From positions 2,208,001 to 2,272,000 of the forward strand of contig CBDBBI010000010.1 in NCBI GenBank assembly GCA_965202625.1: DNA of 64,000 nucleotides, read 5' to 3'. A program made the translations under genes and the position numbers. Below the pieces are notes generated by a model. The model was not told the DNA's origin. It saw nothing but the letters and a program-made list of their open reading frames with translations, and did not search any database. This DNA comes from a bacterium. Lineage in GTDB: Bacteria > UBA8248. How positions within the stretch are numbered: position 1 is the first letter of the stretch; every line of letters starts with the position of its first letter. Below, piece by piece: positions 63,455 to 64,000 of this stretch.

Positions 63455-64000
63455 TTGAAGATCAAGGGTATGGTGGGTGCGCCCACGACGGCGTTCAAAG
63501 CGGATGGGAGCGTTGATTATGATACTTTTGGGAAGCAGGTGAATTTTCTGATCGAGCAAGGTTTCTCTTTCATCGCCCATCCCATGCACATCGGAGAATC
63601 CCTGAATCTGAGTGAGCGGGAGCGCAAGGAACTGGCGAAATGTCTGGTGAAGGCGGCGGCGGGCCGCGTTCCCGTATTCGTGAACGTGAGTGTCCCAGGA
63701 ACGGACAACTGTGTCGATTTGGCGAAACATGCCGAGACGATAGGCGCGGAGGGGATCGTCGTCTTGTCGCCCTATCACTGGGCGCCTGCGTCCGAGGCCC
63801 ATTTGGCCCATTTCTTGACGATAGGCGGATGCGCGGAGGTTGCGATGATCGCCTATAACAACCCCGGAAAGATTGGGGTGTCCATCGCCCACGACACGTT
63901 GCGGGAGATGGTCGAGAGGCTACCGAACCTTCACGCGCTGAAAGACGCCAGTTTCGACATGAACTATTTTACGGGCGCGTGCCTGATAGCGTCCGAGGCA
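63455..64000 (+). CDS. Dihydrodipicolinate synthase/N-acetylneuraminate lyase family protein (runs off the window)
   Basis: TTAFKADGSVD, GESLNLS.ER, AAGRVPV, AYNNP, Schiff-base LKDAS; TTG start after GAGG. Confidence 0.88.
   Translation, partial: MKIKGMVGAPTTAFKADGSVDYDTFGKQVNFLIEQGFSFIAHPMHIGESLNLSERERKELAKCLVKAAAGRVPVFVNVSVPGTDNCVDLAKHAETIGAEGIVVLSPYHWAPASEAHLAHFLTIGGCAEVAMIAYNNPGKIGVSIAHDTLREMVERLPNLHALKDASFDMNYFTGACLIASEA

Overview
Bacterial, GC-rich chromosomal window (probably a metagenome-assembled heterotroph; taxonomy cannot be fixed from this window). Core content: creatininase-family gene, tadA, tRNA-Ser(CGA), a sugar-type ABC transporter, a complete phoB-phoR-pstSCAB-phoU locus with a Pho box, and a catabolic region (hydantoinase/oxoprolinase A and B, aryl-CoA ligase, two TctCBA transporters, LLM oxidoreductases, aldehyde dehydrogenase, amidase, Baeyer-Villiger monooxygenase, Fe3+/polyamine-type ABC transporter, DHDPS-family gene). 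Three accessory insertions stand out. (1) A 7.7-kb island bounded by a 31-bp duplication of the tRNA-Ser 3' end. It carries a DUF499 ATPase remnant and a tightly coupled five-gene operon: GrpE-like, divergent 832-aa Hsp70, AAA+ ATPase, HPD-less J-like protein with PH-like domains, and a membrane peptidoglycan-binding protein. This is the best candidate for an undescribed chaperone-based conflict/defence system. (2) An AT-rich RsrI/EcoRI-type restriction-modification cassette with a dead endonuclease and an intact methylase, lying between the hydantoinase B and A genes. (3) A Mu-like prophage relic reduced to a MuF protein carrying nuclease-like, kinase-like and ADP-ribosyltransferase domains, plus a putative immunity gene. 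Several loci are pseudogenised by internal deletions and nonsense codons; some single-base homopolymer frameshifts may be sequencing errors. All family calls come from motif recognition by eye, without database searches.
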